NCBI GenBank assembly: GCA_000320545.1
Contig: ADNK01000002.1
Span: 124,001 to 188,000, forward strand
Direction: 5' to 3'
DNA: 64,000 nucleotides
Origin: Bigelowiella natans CCMP2755
Lineage: Eukaryota; Protista; Cercozoa
The notes under the pieces are model-generated. The model was not told the DNA's origin, searched no databases, and saw only the letters and a list, made by a program, of their open reading frames with translations. Both the position numbers and the translations under genes were made by a program. Positions 36,965 through 49,657 of the stretch are shown piece after piece (the first letter of the stretch is position 1; the number at the start of each line of letters is the position of its first letter).

Positions 36965-38869
36965 ATGTCTCAGGCACAGACCGAAAACCATCTTCGGCGA
37001 AGGTCTCAGCTAGTCATGCAGGTGGTGGGGAGGCGGAGGTGCTGGATTGTTGCAGCTTTGTTCTGCATTGTTATGCGCTCTGTAGCCAGAATGTGGTGGA
37101 CGCTTCCTGACGAGCCAGCCAGTCGTCAAACGCGCTTTGTCGCCGATGGGCAAACACAACCGATGCCCCCACCTATCAAGATAGACAAGGAGATTCAGGA
37201 GAAGCAACTGAATCGGCTTTTAGAACTCTGCCGTGTGTCAAGAGAGAAGGATGACAAGTGCCACGGGATGTCAGACCCTGAATTTATTAAGTTTGTGGAA
37301 ACACTGAACGAGCAAAATCCTTCGGGCGATCCTGTTTCAGTCAGTAGCTGGCGTGATTTGTGTCAGACCCTGGAAAGCCACAACGCTCTCGTCTGCATGG
37401 CAGCGGCGTATGTCGCTGTTCCTTTTTCGCTCGAGCCCCTCGTGAATTCGAGTGACTGCTCGAAACGCGAACAGCGACAGAGTCATATCAAAGCAGAGGG
37501 CTTGAAATTCATACCACTGGCAGTGGAGACTAATCCAAATGGGGGGAAGTGCACTCTTATCCGCTCCGCAATGGCAAACAACATAAGCTTTGAGGTGCTC
37601 GGCCAACATCTTAATAGCGAGGTTGGGCCATCCGTTAAGATGAGACTGTATCGAGACCGTCTTCTAAAAATCCCTAAAGCGGAACGCAGTCGGACTGTGG
37701 TGCTAGCTGTAGACTTTCGCGACGTCATGATTCAGGCAACGAAATCTGCAATACTGCAGAAATTTCTCGAATCTGATTCGCGGCTTCTGTTCAACGGCGA
37801 GAGCTTTTGTTTTCCAATGGCATTTTTCCCAAGTAACATGGGAAGGTTTCAGTCTCGTCCTTTCCACGAGAAATACCGGGAAAATCACATATGCAAGAAT
37901 TTATTCCCTCAGGGAGGAAATCCTAATGTGCCGAGTTATCTAAACAGCGGTGCATTCCTCGGGTATGCAGATGCCATCCTGGAAGCCTTGGAGCCAGCAC
38001 AGCGTCTTCCAAATTGGTTTTTTGACACTTTTCCGGGAACAGACCAGGGCTACTTTCAACAGATCTACCTCTCTCAATATGTGAGAAGGATGAAAGTTGA
38101 CTTTTGCCAACGAGTCTTCGTCGCTCAGGGATTCCAGAAACCCGTGCATGAGTTGCTGCCTGAAGATGGTACTGTAAACTACCTAGAGATGTACGCCTAT
38201 GGCACGCTGGCACCACAATGGAATGCTTATTTCTTGAGCAGGACTGATTCGCAACAAGTAGAAAGTGGGGAAGTAGAGAGTGGGACTCTGAGAGTTTGGA
38301 GGAACAAGAGAAATGGTGCCATGATTCCAATTCTTCACTTCAATGGGTTAACCTACAAACGCAGGGTGCCAGGTTTTTGCTCACCGATGGAAGTGATGGA
38401 AGAATCCCTTTATAGCCAAACGTTTTTGTCACGCATGACGAACTCTCCAATAGCAGGCCAATTCACACGTTGTTGGTTGAGCCCGCTGGAGTGCGGGATA
38501 GATGGCAATGAAGAGTTAAGTGAGGAAGATTTCAGTAGAGAAAATTCCAGTGTGACGTTCTTCGCAATCTATGACAAAACGCGGGAATGGTCGAGAATTG
38601 CAAAGGCAGACAAGGGATTACACAGGAGATTTGCTATGGGTTCACATGCCGCAGTCCAGGCATTTGGGGACAGAGAAAGGGACAAGTTTTTTGGTGTGGC
38701 GGGTGCTGACACGACATTCGACAAGACTGGGTTAATGCGGGATAATCCGCTGGTCATACAAATCGGAGTATTCGTAGCAGTGTACCTCATGGCCAGTTTG
38801 CATGCATTTTGTTGTTTTAGATGCGGCTACAGTAGTTGGTGCCGATCGCATGTCCCAAAATTCAATTGA
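36965..38869 (+). CDS. Intronless PLOD/LH3-type glycosyltransferase-domain membrane protein
   Basis: VLAVDFRDV, LLFNGESFCFP, YLNSGAFLGYA, DQGYFQQIYL and ILHFNG motifs; hydrophobic segments near both termini; 652-codon ORF. Confidence 0.8.
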   Translation: MSQAQTENHLRRRSQLVMQVVGRRRCWIVAALFCIVMRSVARMWWTLPDEPASRQTRFVADGQTQPMPPPIKIDKEIQEKQLNRLLELCRVSREKDDKCHGMSDPEFIKFVETLNEQNPSGDPVSVSSWRDLCQTLESHNALVCMAAAYVAVPFSLEPLVNSSDCSKREQRQSHIKAEGLKFIPLAVETNPNGGKCTLIRSAMANNISFEVLGQHLNSEVGPSVKMRLYRDRLLKIPKAERSRTVVLAVDFRDVMIQATKSAILQKFLESDSRLLFNGESFCFPMAFFPSNMGRFQSRPFHEKYRENHICKNLFPQGGNPNVPSYLNSGAFLGYADAILEALEPAQRLPNWFFDTFPGTDQGYFQQIYLSQYVRRMKVDFCQRVFVAQGFQKPVHELLPEDGTVNYLEMYAYGTLAPQWNAYFLSRTDSQQVESGEVESGTLRVWRNKRNGAMIPILHFNGLTYKRRVPGFCSPMEVMEESLYSQTFLSRMTNSPIAGQFTRCWLSPLECGIDGNEELSEEDFSRENSSVTFFAIYDKTREWSRIAKADKGLHRRFAMGSHAAVQAFGDRERDKFFGVAGADTTFDKTGLMRDNPLVIQIGVFVAVYLMASLHAFCCFRCGYSSWCRSHVPKFN

Positions 38870-38965
38870 GGAGAGAGCAACAATACAGCAGTGCGGTCTT
38901 AATGGGAAGACTCGGAACGGTTCGGTTTGGATTTACTGTGGCTCATGCACGTGTCTAGACTGGTA

Positions 38966-40150
38966 GATGCAAATTTGGTGAGCTGAACTTTTCATTTTGA
39001 TCATTGTGGGCAATGGAACCAATCACAACTCCGTCAAACCCTGCAACGACTGGGGTTTGCACAATCAACCATGCTTTGCGCGCGCGCGGCCTCGCTGGCG
39101 CGCTCAATCGTTGCAACAATTGGACATTGGAAGCACACTGGAGCCTGTTTGAAGTTCAAGTTTGAATTTTTTTCGAATTTCAGCTTCAAAACTTCACTTT
39201 TCAACGCCTGCAAGCGGGCGCTGTGCAGATTGCAAAATGCTCAGTCACTTCTGAAACGTGCAGTCCCATGGTCTCATCATCGCAATGGTGATTGCGATCA
39301 CGAATTTCTGAACTCATGAATGCCATGCCATTGCCTGCAGCTCATCCACAAAGCACCACATTCGCAAGGTGCGATCACTGCAACCGAAGGGGGGGGAGGC
39401 CTTTCGTCTCAATTGAGACATGGGGGACAGAACGAACACTTCAAATCACGACTGGAAAGACATGCGTCCCATGTCCCTGAAACTTGCTGAAATCATGTCC
39501 CAAGTTGTCCAGAAACACATCCTCCTGCTCATTCACCCTTGTTGGAGTGCACTTGAGAAGTGAGTTGGAGCAAACGTTGCGATGTTTTCCCGTCGGAACA
39601 AGTGCTTGTCATGACAAGACAAGAACATCTCCAGAACTCTCGCAAGAGTCCTTGCAACACGAACAACAACTGCTTCTGCAACCCCTCCCCCTTCCCTCCG
39701 CCGCAAACGGCGCTCCTGAGCAAATTGTGCAGGAGGGGACAGGATTGAGCCCTGCCTGCACCATGGTTGATCAGGATGGCACCTCCGCATCACCCTGCGA
39801 AACAGCACAAGGCAGATGGCTCTTCGTGCTGTCACTGGTTGTCGTTGACAATGGACACAGTGATGGCATGTGCAGCATGTGCATGATGCACGTCACATGT
39901 CTGCAACAGAGCCATGCTCATGCTAGCATGATGGACACAGCTAGACAGCTAGTGACAGCATGCACAGTGTGCACATGATGTTGCATGTCTGCAATGTTGC
40001 AATCTTGGATTTGAGGAACGGAAACTCTGGTTTGCAAGGGGAGGTGGGGATTGTCATCACAGGGGACCAGAGCGTTGGATCGAACAAACCTAGATTCATC
40101 AGTTGAAAACTTTTCAACCGCCATTGCATGCGGTGCTGGGTGACACATCA
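38966..40150. repeat. TpA-free island (degenerate repeat or relic sequence)
   Basis: No TA dinucleotide from 38966 to 39923 by manual reading. The next TAs are in CTAG. Confidence 0.85.
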
Positions 40151-40528
40151 TTCCTATGGATGGTTCACAACGCGAGCACGTTGAATGCTGCGCAAAGCTA
40201 CACGATTGCCGCACAGATGCGTAGATGTGAGCACTGCATCTGTTGTGTAGCGCAATGCGGCTTTGCAAGCATGCACACGTGACGACTACGAACAATGCCG
40301 ACTTGCATAGTTACAATTAGCATGAGCGATGGAGAGAAATCACGTGATAGGGCGTATTTGTTTACTATTAGTGCTTGAACACAACTCCAGTAAAACTAGA
40401 ACAGCAAAGCACAACTTCCATGACCATTTCGTCGAAGCGCAACCAGACTGGAAAACAAATCTGAAGATGCAAACTCCATCTCAAAAAACCTTCGGAAGAT
40501 GATTGATACGTAACCGTACCTTGTTTTA

Positions 40529-40880
40529 TTACTTTAGTCCATCGAACTTCCCCTCCTTGATAGCCTTTAAAGTGTCGTCACAACCTCCGAGAAACTTTCC
40601 TTGAACCCACACGTTTGGAACTGTGCGCTGTTTCGTCATCTTGAGCAATGTCTGTCGATTGGTAAAATCGATGAAAATCTGGCAGATTCTTACAACATTC
40701 GAAGCAAACCACCTGCTGGATGCTGCTTCCATCCTGTATTTTGTCAAGCTCAACGACGTGGGGAGACATGCCGACATCTTTCAATACCTTTTTGGCTCGT
40801 ACACAGAACGGGCAATATGATTTGGAAAACACTACAACAGTATTATCGTCTGCAAGCTTTTGGATCTCTTTCTCGTCCAT
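40529..40880 (-). CDS. Dithiol glutaredoxin (CPFC), exons 40880-40713 and 40651-40529
   Basis: VVVFSKSYCPFC...TVPNVWV.GKFLGGCDD; GT-AG intron. Confidence 0.93.
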
Positions 40881-41311
40881 TTTGTCGACCTGAAATTGGA
40901 ACATTTTTTAACAACTTTAAGTTTCCACGTTCTGCTCTACACAAATCATTTCTTTCTAAAGGAAGAAGGTACGGACAGCGAGGCGTAGATGGGAACTGAG
41001 CTGAAACACTCTCGCACCCGCAACCAGATAGTACTAAATGCATCCCATTTCCTCTTAACGTCATCATGAAAAGAAACAAAATCATTAATGCAACCACTTC
41101 TATCTGTGGCTTCGTACTACGTAATTGTTGCCTCAAAACCAGTATCAACGAAAAATTCGAAATAAATCGCATGGAAATCGTACGTGCGACATTGTTAGCT
41201 GAGTGCCCTTTCTCGGCAAAATACGACTCGTTGCTTCCTGGCCAGACTCTTCGGCACGTCCTCTTCCCATCAACCTTTGGTGAAGGACGGACGGAGAAAT
41301 AATTGCTCACG

Positions 41312-41919
41312 ATGAGCGCGATTACGATGACAACAACTGCAGAATGCATGGGAGGGGGGGTAAAAGAAAGTAACACACGGAGAAAGGTACCTGGGAAGAA
41401 GCTGTCCTTCGTCAGGGTTGTAGGGAAGCTCACCTTGGAGGAGTGCAGAGCTGGACTACAGCGTGCCAACAAGAAGGCTTTGAAGGAGATTAGGACGTCA
41501 CTTAAGTGGATGATAAAGGAAAAGGAAACCTGGGAGGTCATAATATATATGAATGCTTTGCGTAAACAGAACTCTATCCTTGAACGACGACCGATCTAAC
41601 ACAACACAGGCACTGGAATTGCGTGCACGTGCGAATCTTCGTTTGGAGATGTTGTGCGATGCAGCTGTTGACGCCGGAAGAGCCTTGTCTCTCTACGAAA
41701 GGTATCACAAAGTTAGAATGAACGAATACCCCCGCAGCATGAATCACAGTACTGTTAAAAGCACATTTGGGTAGACCTAACGTGAATGGTGGTCCTCTCC
41801 TCTTTCTCGATAGGCTCCAAGATAGCAAAACCGCTAATGGCCGTGAAGTACGCGCAAGACTTTTGGCGACAAGAGGCAAAGGTATAAATTTCGAATTTCA
41901 TTTGGTATCGGAGTGAGTG

Positions 41920-41959
<40 letters not shown>

Positions 41960-42225
41960 TACACTCATTATATTAAACTCCATAAATACAATATTCAGCC
42001 CTGCTAGACTATGGTTCATACCGATCCGCGGCGAAAGACTTTGCAAAGGCGCAAGAACTGGTTCCCAAAATTTGTTTCTTCGAACTATGACTATTTTTTT
42101 CAATTTTCGTGTAAATTCATAATTTCTGTGGGGAGAAAGTGTGAAGAGATGATCCAAACAATTTTGCTTCTTCTATGCTACAATTGTACAGCACCGATCC
42201 AACGGAGCTTACAAGTACCTCCATA
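41312..42225 (+). CDS. Small TPR-like protein, multi-exon
   Basis: Exons ALELRARANLRLEMLCDAAVDAGRALSL and ALLDYGSYRSAAKDFAKAQELVP resemble TPR helices. The 3' end is uncertain. Confidence 0.55.
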
Positions 42226-42451
42226 ACCTTGTCAAGAGAAAGCTTGAAAGTAATCGTCTTACCACATGCTTTTCCACTACGGCTACGACAGCACGCTTTC
42301 TCCGTTTTGCCTCCATCATCAAATTTTGAATCTCATGAGTTAGTTGATTGCATGTGGGAGGAAATGGTGCTGCTGCTGCGTGGGCTGATATGATTGTTTT
42401 TGGATATGCAATTGCCCATCATCAGCTGCTGAAAAACGACGTGAGGATGAG

Positions 42452-42624
42452 ATGGCGAAGATACCTGTGACAATCATAACAGGGTAGGTACCCTTGGAAA
42501 ACATCGTGCAGCAGCCGTCCACATGATTTTCGAGAGCAAGTCACAGAAGGAAAAGCGTGGAATTTCCAACTTAAGAGCAATTTGGAATTTTAAAGAATCT
42601 CCCAATCACATATTCTTCGAGTCT

Positions 42625-42666
<42 letters not shown>

Positions 42667-44545
42667 GATATCGGCATCATTCAGCTTTCTTGGTTCTGGA
42701 AAAACTACGCTTCTAAACCACATTCTCACCGAGATGCACGGCAAAAAGTTCGTGACCCAATCTTTCCTCTACCAAATCAGCATATCAAAATTCCTCCTTC
42801 TGATCCCCCTCCTCCTATTTCTGAATAGGCTGGTAGTGATAGAAAACGAGTTTGGAGCTGTCGGGGTGGATGACAAGCTAGTGCACAAGTAGTATGGATT
42901 TTTGCATAAATTGTATGTGTGTATATGTATATGTAGCAAACTAGTCAATGATATATTGGTAGTAGTAGTAGTAGTTTAGACCCAGTTGTTTCTTGAAGGA
43001 AGAGTCATTCCTCCTCCTCCTCTTCTATATTTCTTCTTCTCCTTCTTCTTCTTCTTCTCTCTCCCAAGTGCATGGCACGATGAGTGTGCGTGATAGATAC
43101 ATTCATAGATTAAGTAATTGAGGCAGCATCGTGTGAGCTTCGTTCATTGACCCGTTGATTGTTCCGCTTCAGGCGGTTTCACGAGGAGGACCTGGAGCTT
43201 GTCCAGACTGTGAACGGGTTGTGATTACGAAAAGGAGGAGTAGCCAGGGAGGGAGGGAGAGGGAGAATAGGAATGATCCAACTTGCACGTATCCGCAAGA
43301 CATACAACAACTCCTCCACCGCCACGCAATATCGTCATCTCTTACACCCTCCTCCTCTCATATTCCTCTCACTACGATAATTGCTGCTGCTGGCACTGTT
43401 GCTGTAGATGCATTTGCTGTGACGTGCGGGGCGATCTCATGACGACACTTATGAAAATCGATGCTCTAACCAAACCCCGCTCGGCGGTTGATGAGAGCGC
43501 TCCAGGAGACTACAACAACGTCTCTTCTTCTTCTTCGACTACACCCTGGGCTTTAACTGAAGCTAGCGGCAAGGAAAAGAAAAAGAGCGAGGAGAAAAAA
43601 GGGGGGGGGGAGACCATTGGAGGAATAGATGGAATAGTCATCGAAACCACAGGTGGTGAGACATAGAAGCTTGCATTTCTGAGCTTATCACACTGGGCAT
43701 TTGATCATTAGATTTTTTTGTTTTTGGATTTCTCTAAACATTTCTTCTTGATGGTAGGTGTCGCCGATCCCGGGCCTGTGGTAACAACCTTCTTTGCCTC
43801 TAAAGAGGTGGTATATTAGGACATGAAACTCTGTACGATCATACAGAGTGAACGACAAATCCCTGCGTCTGCACTTCCACATCACTTATTGTTATTATTA
43901 CTATTGTTATTATCATGATCATGATCGGGAAGATCTTCACTGATACGCCTATTACCATTTCATGTCGCAGGTGTCATCAAAGTTCCGAATCGACGCGGTG
44001 GTCACGGTAGTGGATTCCAAGTTCATCCTTAGACGTCTGGACGGCGAAGGGGGAAAAGACTCGAAGGAGAAGAGAGGGCCTGGCTACATCCAAGAAGCAG
44101 CTCAGCAAGTGAGTCAGATGATGATCATGATGATCATGAGAAAACGGCTAAGACCAAATAACAAATTGACAGAAATACGGCGATATTGTCTGCCTCTCAT
44201 TGCAGTAGTTTGAAGTGGTTTTAGTCTCCTCTTTGTTTGATATTCCTCTTGGCTGCTTGCTACACAGATCGCTTTCGCAGACGTATTGCTTCTGAATAAG
44301 GTATGAAACACACTGTCGGGCAACTACTACTTCGTCAGCAGCGAAGAGATGGTTTTTGCATCACTGGAATCCTTACGTGGCGATTCGCCATTTGTATGAG
44401 TAGTAGCATCATTTCTTTTTTCCCAACCCAGATTGATCTTGTTGGAAAGGAGGAGATCGTTAGAATCAAATCGCGTTTAGACGAGATTACTTCCGGGGTA
44501 CATAATACACACATATACACCTGTGCGTATATATATGTGTGTGTC

Positions 44546-44591
<46 letters not shown>

Positions 44592-44831
44592 ACACACACA
44601 CACACACACACACACTCACTGTGTACATTGGGCTCGAATTACTGTCTTGTGTTTGGCTTCTATGAAGCAGCTATAGTAGCTATAGCATCAACAGCATCAA
44701 CAGCAACGACACACGATATAATGTCGTCTCCCATTTGAGCGAACCAACCGGTGATTGTGTGTGTTAAAACAGGCAGCATCTCTTCTAGAGTCGAAGTACG
44801 GGCAAGTGGATTTTAAAAAGTGAGAACCACC

Positions 44832-44874
<43 letters not shown>

Positions 44875-45386
44875 ACACACTCACTTACTTCCACTTACAC
44901 AAATCATATAGGATACTCGGAATTGGGGCCTTCAGTTTACATAAAATTGTTCCTACCGAAGCTGGAAAATTGGTATTGAATTGAATACTCCAAAAAACAT
45001 CATTTCCCTTTTCTTCATCCAAAGATCGTGTGCTTTCTGCAACAATTTCGCTGCAGTCTGAATCAATGACGCGCATGCAAAGCTTGGTCAACTGTGCGGC
45101 GACAAGTTCGTCGGTGTTCCGCCATTTATCATCATCTGAAAACCAACACAGGCATCTGGGGAAAACTGGAGCAACAGAAAGTCAAAGGGTTTTTCTGCAT
45201 TCTCTCTGAAACTGCCGGTATATGCGTGCACGATCGATTTTTTTTCATTGTATGTCGGTAACCGACGATGGGTCTCCTCTGCCTTATCCTTGGTAGGGTG
45301 AGCTCAATCTTGAAAAGCTCAACGAGTGGCTCTTGTCCGTTCTCGAAGAGCACAAGGTGATTAGTCGGTGGCTTTTGTATCGGATT

Positions 45387-45422
<36 letters not shown>

Positions 45423-45745
45423 GTGTAAAACGAGGGGGAAATTTCGCACTTTATTCAAAGGGCTACTAATGGAAGCATGATATTCCACCATCATTCTATC
45501 TCAGGAGAAGCTATTTAGGGCTAAAGGCATCTTAGCCATCCGTGACATGGTAGTAGAAATAGTACTAATAACGATTATTAGTGTTATTGCAGGAGCAATA
45601 GCAGGTGGTAAGGGAATTTGTCATTATATGATCTGATCTCCTCCTCTTCCTCTCTCCTCCTCCATAGGGACAGAAATTCGCCTTCCAAGCTGTACACGAG
45701 ATATTTGGAGGGTGGGTAGCATGAATAACTGGTGGAGGTGGTGGA

Positions 45746-45783
<38 letters not shown>

Positions 45784-46287
45784 TGTGTATGAGTTCTAAA
45801 AGCTAAAACGAAATCTCACAACTTTCATAAATCCGCTGCCCCTTGCAGAGCTAGGATAGAAGAGTGGGGTATCGATGAGGAACGAATGAGCAATCTCGTG
45901 TTTATCGGACAGGTGGTTATTCTAATGGCATCGGCATATTATACACACTGACCTGTGCCTGCACACAGAGCATACTACACGCGAGAAGACGAGAAAAATT
46001 CACGTATTCGAGTTTTCAATGCACTAATAGAAATGATTTAAATCTTGCATTGAATCTGGTATAGGACTTGCCTCAGGAGGAGATTGAGAAGGTACAAAAT
46101 GTAAATGTAACACTCAATCATTTCATGTGAGCCGCACAGCACAAATGTTTAGTACAAATTTGGTAATGGATGATGTTGTGTAATGAAGGGGTTGGTGGGA
46201 TGTCTGGCGAGTGACGACGTGACGACGGAAGAAAAGAAGCTTAGAGACGAGTTAATGTTTGGCTCAGGAGATGGATTCAAGGCCTAA
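42452..46287 (+). CDS. CobW/COG0523 (ZNG1/CBWD-like) metal-chaperone GTPase, ~18 small exons
   Basis: IPVTIITG/FLGSGKTTLLNHIL, VIENEFG, NG/CICC, IVIETTG/VADPGP, VVTVVD, IAFADVLLLNK/ID and C-terminal LFRAKGIL...FQAVH...SNLVFIG. Confidence 0.92.
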
Positions 46288-46933
46288 AAATGATCCGCAT
46301 TAGATAAAATTATTTGAGCACGTCTAGATGTATTCTGATGTTAGTGATTTGTTCATCTCACTTAGACAAAAACCAAAAATGGATGAATGTCAATTCACTA
46401 CAGAATCATCTACATCAATGCAAGATACGCACATGCGCGCAAATTAGCTACTACTAGACTATTGCAATCTGCACACCGCGCTATGACGTGCGCATGCACG
46501 TGCGGCTTCAAATCAATATGTCATTCTGATTGTGTGGAAACTGACTTGAAGCCGCGCAGCATGATCTAGTGATGGCATGCATCGAATTCAATGTGGCATG
46601 GTTGGTGCATGCAAGTAATAAACAGATGGCATTGCCATTGTTTATTGTCGTGTCATGGAGAGCTGTGCATATTGCATGCGCAACACAACAGCTGGCACAC
46701 TGTTTTTCATTCCATTGCAGTCTGATCTAGCTGATATCGAACCATCACATGCCTGAGATGACATTCGATTTGGCTCAACATGCCACATGTCTGTGGTTTC
46801 GATGAAAAATTGCTGTGGAATGCTGATGCCCTGATGGCTAAAAAATGGCTAAAACTAGAGCATCTAATTGTAACACACCAGCGACGATCCAACAGATATA
46901 CCCCCGTAGAGATATGTTTTGTCATCGTTTAAT

Positions 46934-49123
46934 CTAGAGTGATTCCTTCCTTAGGACTGAACTTGGAGCCCAGCTGATGGAGTATGAAAGAAAGTAAGGA
47001 AAGAAAATTAATTGAAGAGAGATCCAAAGTCGGAGGAGGCTACGGTTCTCATCATGCAGAACATAGAAGTGACATCTGTAAACCTCAGAGAGCTTCTTGT
47101 GCACTTTGGCATAGTCGCTGAAGAAGAGATTCTTATCTTTCGCGTACATTGCAAAAAAAACCTGCCCGATTTAACGTTTGTTTTTCACAATGTTCAGACA
47201 ACGTATCATCAGAAGTTGCTCCCAAATTTGAGCTCCTCTACATCATTTGGGGGGAGGGAGGGAAATAAATGCAGATGACCTTAAAGCTCTCATCCTTGTG
47301 GAGAACCTGGTCTGTTGGCATCCAGAGCAAGTCCTATCCGCATATGAGAAATAGCATTTATCTTAGAACATAAGGACATCAAGTACGTAAGAAGATTCTC
47401 GGTGTCTATTTGAGCAGCTACCTTCGTGTCGTTTTGGCGATGGAAATATGAGTTATCAAACGTCAACCAGTTTGCAGTCCAAGACTTTCCTCCTTTTAAT
47501 TTAGAGGGTATGGTCGGTTAATTATGGAGAATTTGTGGGCACACACACACACACGCACACACACCAAAAGAGAGAGATAGAGAGAGAGGAGTAAGAGAAA
47601 AAATATCTTGAGTCGTGATCACCATAAAATTACCCGGCATCCCAACGCCTGTCGACTTATCAGCCCTAGCGCTAAATCAAGTAAAAAGTGGAATGGGAGG
47701 GGGGGGTAAACGCAGCAGTAAGACTCCTTTAACACTGGAAACGAGAAGCAGCAGTGTGGTTAAATTACTACAATACCGGTGCATCGGGCAAGTAAATTTG
47801 GTTGCTGTATCTTCACCGTAGCCATTTGGCACAACTCCACTGCGTTCCTTCAAACCAAAACATGTTTAGGCGGATGAGTCACTCGGGATATACGTGCGGA
47901 ATGGTGAAAAAGCAGTATCGAAACCTTAAAAGCACGGCCAATAGTATGCGCCCCAGAAAGGGCCACGATCTCCCTATAGAAGAGAAGAGAGCTTTGGATC
48001 CGGATGAGGCGACGGCGTAACATCATTCGTGCCATTACGTAGTGTAGTAATCATGCAAGTAATCAACATGCAATCCTCTCCCACCTGTCATTAAAGCCCA
48101 TACGGTAGAACACGTTTCTTAAGTGGCGGCCAGCGGATGGAGCTCCATCTCCAAACGGGGGGTAGGCGTCGGGAAGATTTCCCTCTTTCGGGCACTCCTC
48201 CTTGGTCACAGTGTCGACTCTTCCATATCTATTGCAGCACCATTTCATGAACGATTCATCCACGTACGCTACTTGCTTACTACCTCATCGGGATTTTGGG
48301 ACCTCCTGCGTGCTCGATAGCTGTGGCACTTCCCAACTATAAAGTAGGGGGATATTTCAAGAGTCCTTGCTTCAAGGAAAATTTTATCATCGGAATGATG
48401 TTATTAGGACAACAAACCTGAATCAAGTCAGCCCAGGATATGATGGGGTGCGCCTCCTTGATCTATAGTGTGTTGCAAGGCGTCAGTGAATCAATCTTTG
48501 TCGATGAAATTGTATCGAAAGAATAATTTGTATTTATCGGAACAAGTTACCACCTTTTTCAGATAATTTACCGCCTTGATCAAGCCAGCGTTCGCACCGT
48601 GTCCAAGTTCCATCTAATCAATGGGGGCGGAGGAGGAGGAGAGATTAAATTGAAGAGAACCGGCGTGTTGGGAGAGAAAAGATAATATATTGCTTCGGTT
48701 TTATAATTCCTATACATCAAAGCGGATGCTTCCGTTGGCTCCTCCGCACGCCGGCCAAGACTTCGTTTTCATGTCGTACGTCCCTGTTTTAAACAATACA
48801 CCTAAGGTTTGGTGGGAACAGAGCGTAGCGAATGTGGTACGGTACCAGAATCGTGCCACGCAAGGCGGACAAGGATAGGATTGCAATTCAGCTTCTGAAT
48901 CATCGCGAGAAGTTCTTTGCGAACCACAAGCAACTCTTTCCTGAAGTGATGCAAGTCTTAGAAGAAGGGTGCTATTTTCACCACAAATGGAAAAAAAGAA
49001 GAAAATAGTTACGCACCTATATTCATTCGTCGAAGCGCTAGACATGGAGACGAGGGAAGGTCGCAGGTGAGCCACCGTCTGCTGGAGCCGCCTGAAAGCA
49101 CGGGCACGGGTTGAATCCTCCAT
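46934..49123 (-). CDS. Class I heme peroxidase (ascorbate peroxidase-like) with N-terminal PTS2
   Basis: [75 protein letters not shown] and HKKLSE motifs. Confidence 0.93.
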
Positions 49124-49657
49124 TTTGCTTAAAGCCCTCTGTCCTTTGAATAATGTAGAGACTTCATCTTCATCTGCATCTTTTGGTTCATAAAAAAACA
49201 CCCAAAATGACACTACGACAAGATCAAGATCATGTCGCAATCGAAGAATCACCTATAAATTTGGACGATTAGCACCTGTCATTCTCCGGCCGGAAAATTT
49301 GCACCTAGCTGGAAGTGGCTGGTAGTTCTTCTTTTTTTAGGCAAAAAATGGCTTCCGGATTAGTTCTCCTAACATGTGAATGGTTGGATTTTGGACCAAG
49401 TTGGGACAGCATTTAAATGTCGCAAGGACAAAATATACACAATTGTCATCTTTCCGGAGGAACGGAAGGTTCTCCTTCCTTGGAGCTGTCGTGTAGGTTA
49501 TCGAAGAAATATGATCAATTTCCGTCCTACGCCAAGACGAAATGTGGCAAATCGTAATAAAATGTAGACGAGAATTTTCCAGCGTGTGTACCCATCCACA
49601 ACTTCTCTAAATCAATTCTCTGCCATAGGAAAACAGAGCACCTCAAAATCCAATCCA

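Noticed and set aside
38966-39923. 5mC deamination or classical RIP as the cause of the TG/CA-rich islands
   Set aside because: CpG is retained (e.g. CGCGCGCG at ~39079) and TpA, the RIP product, is the missing dinucleotide.
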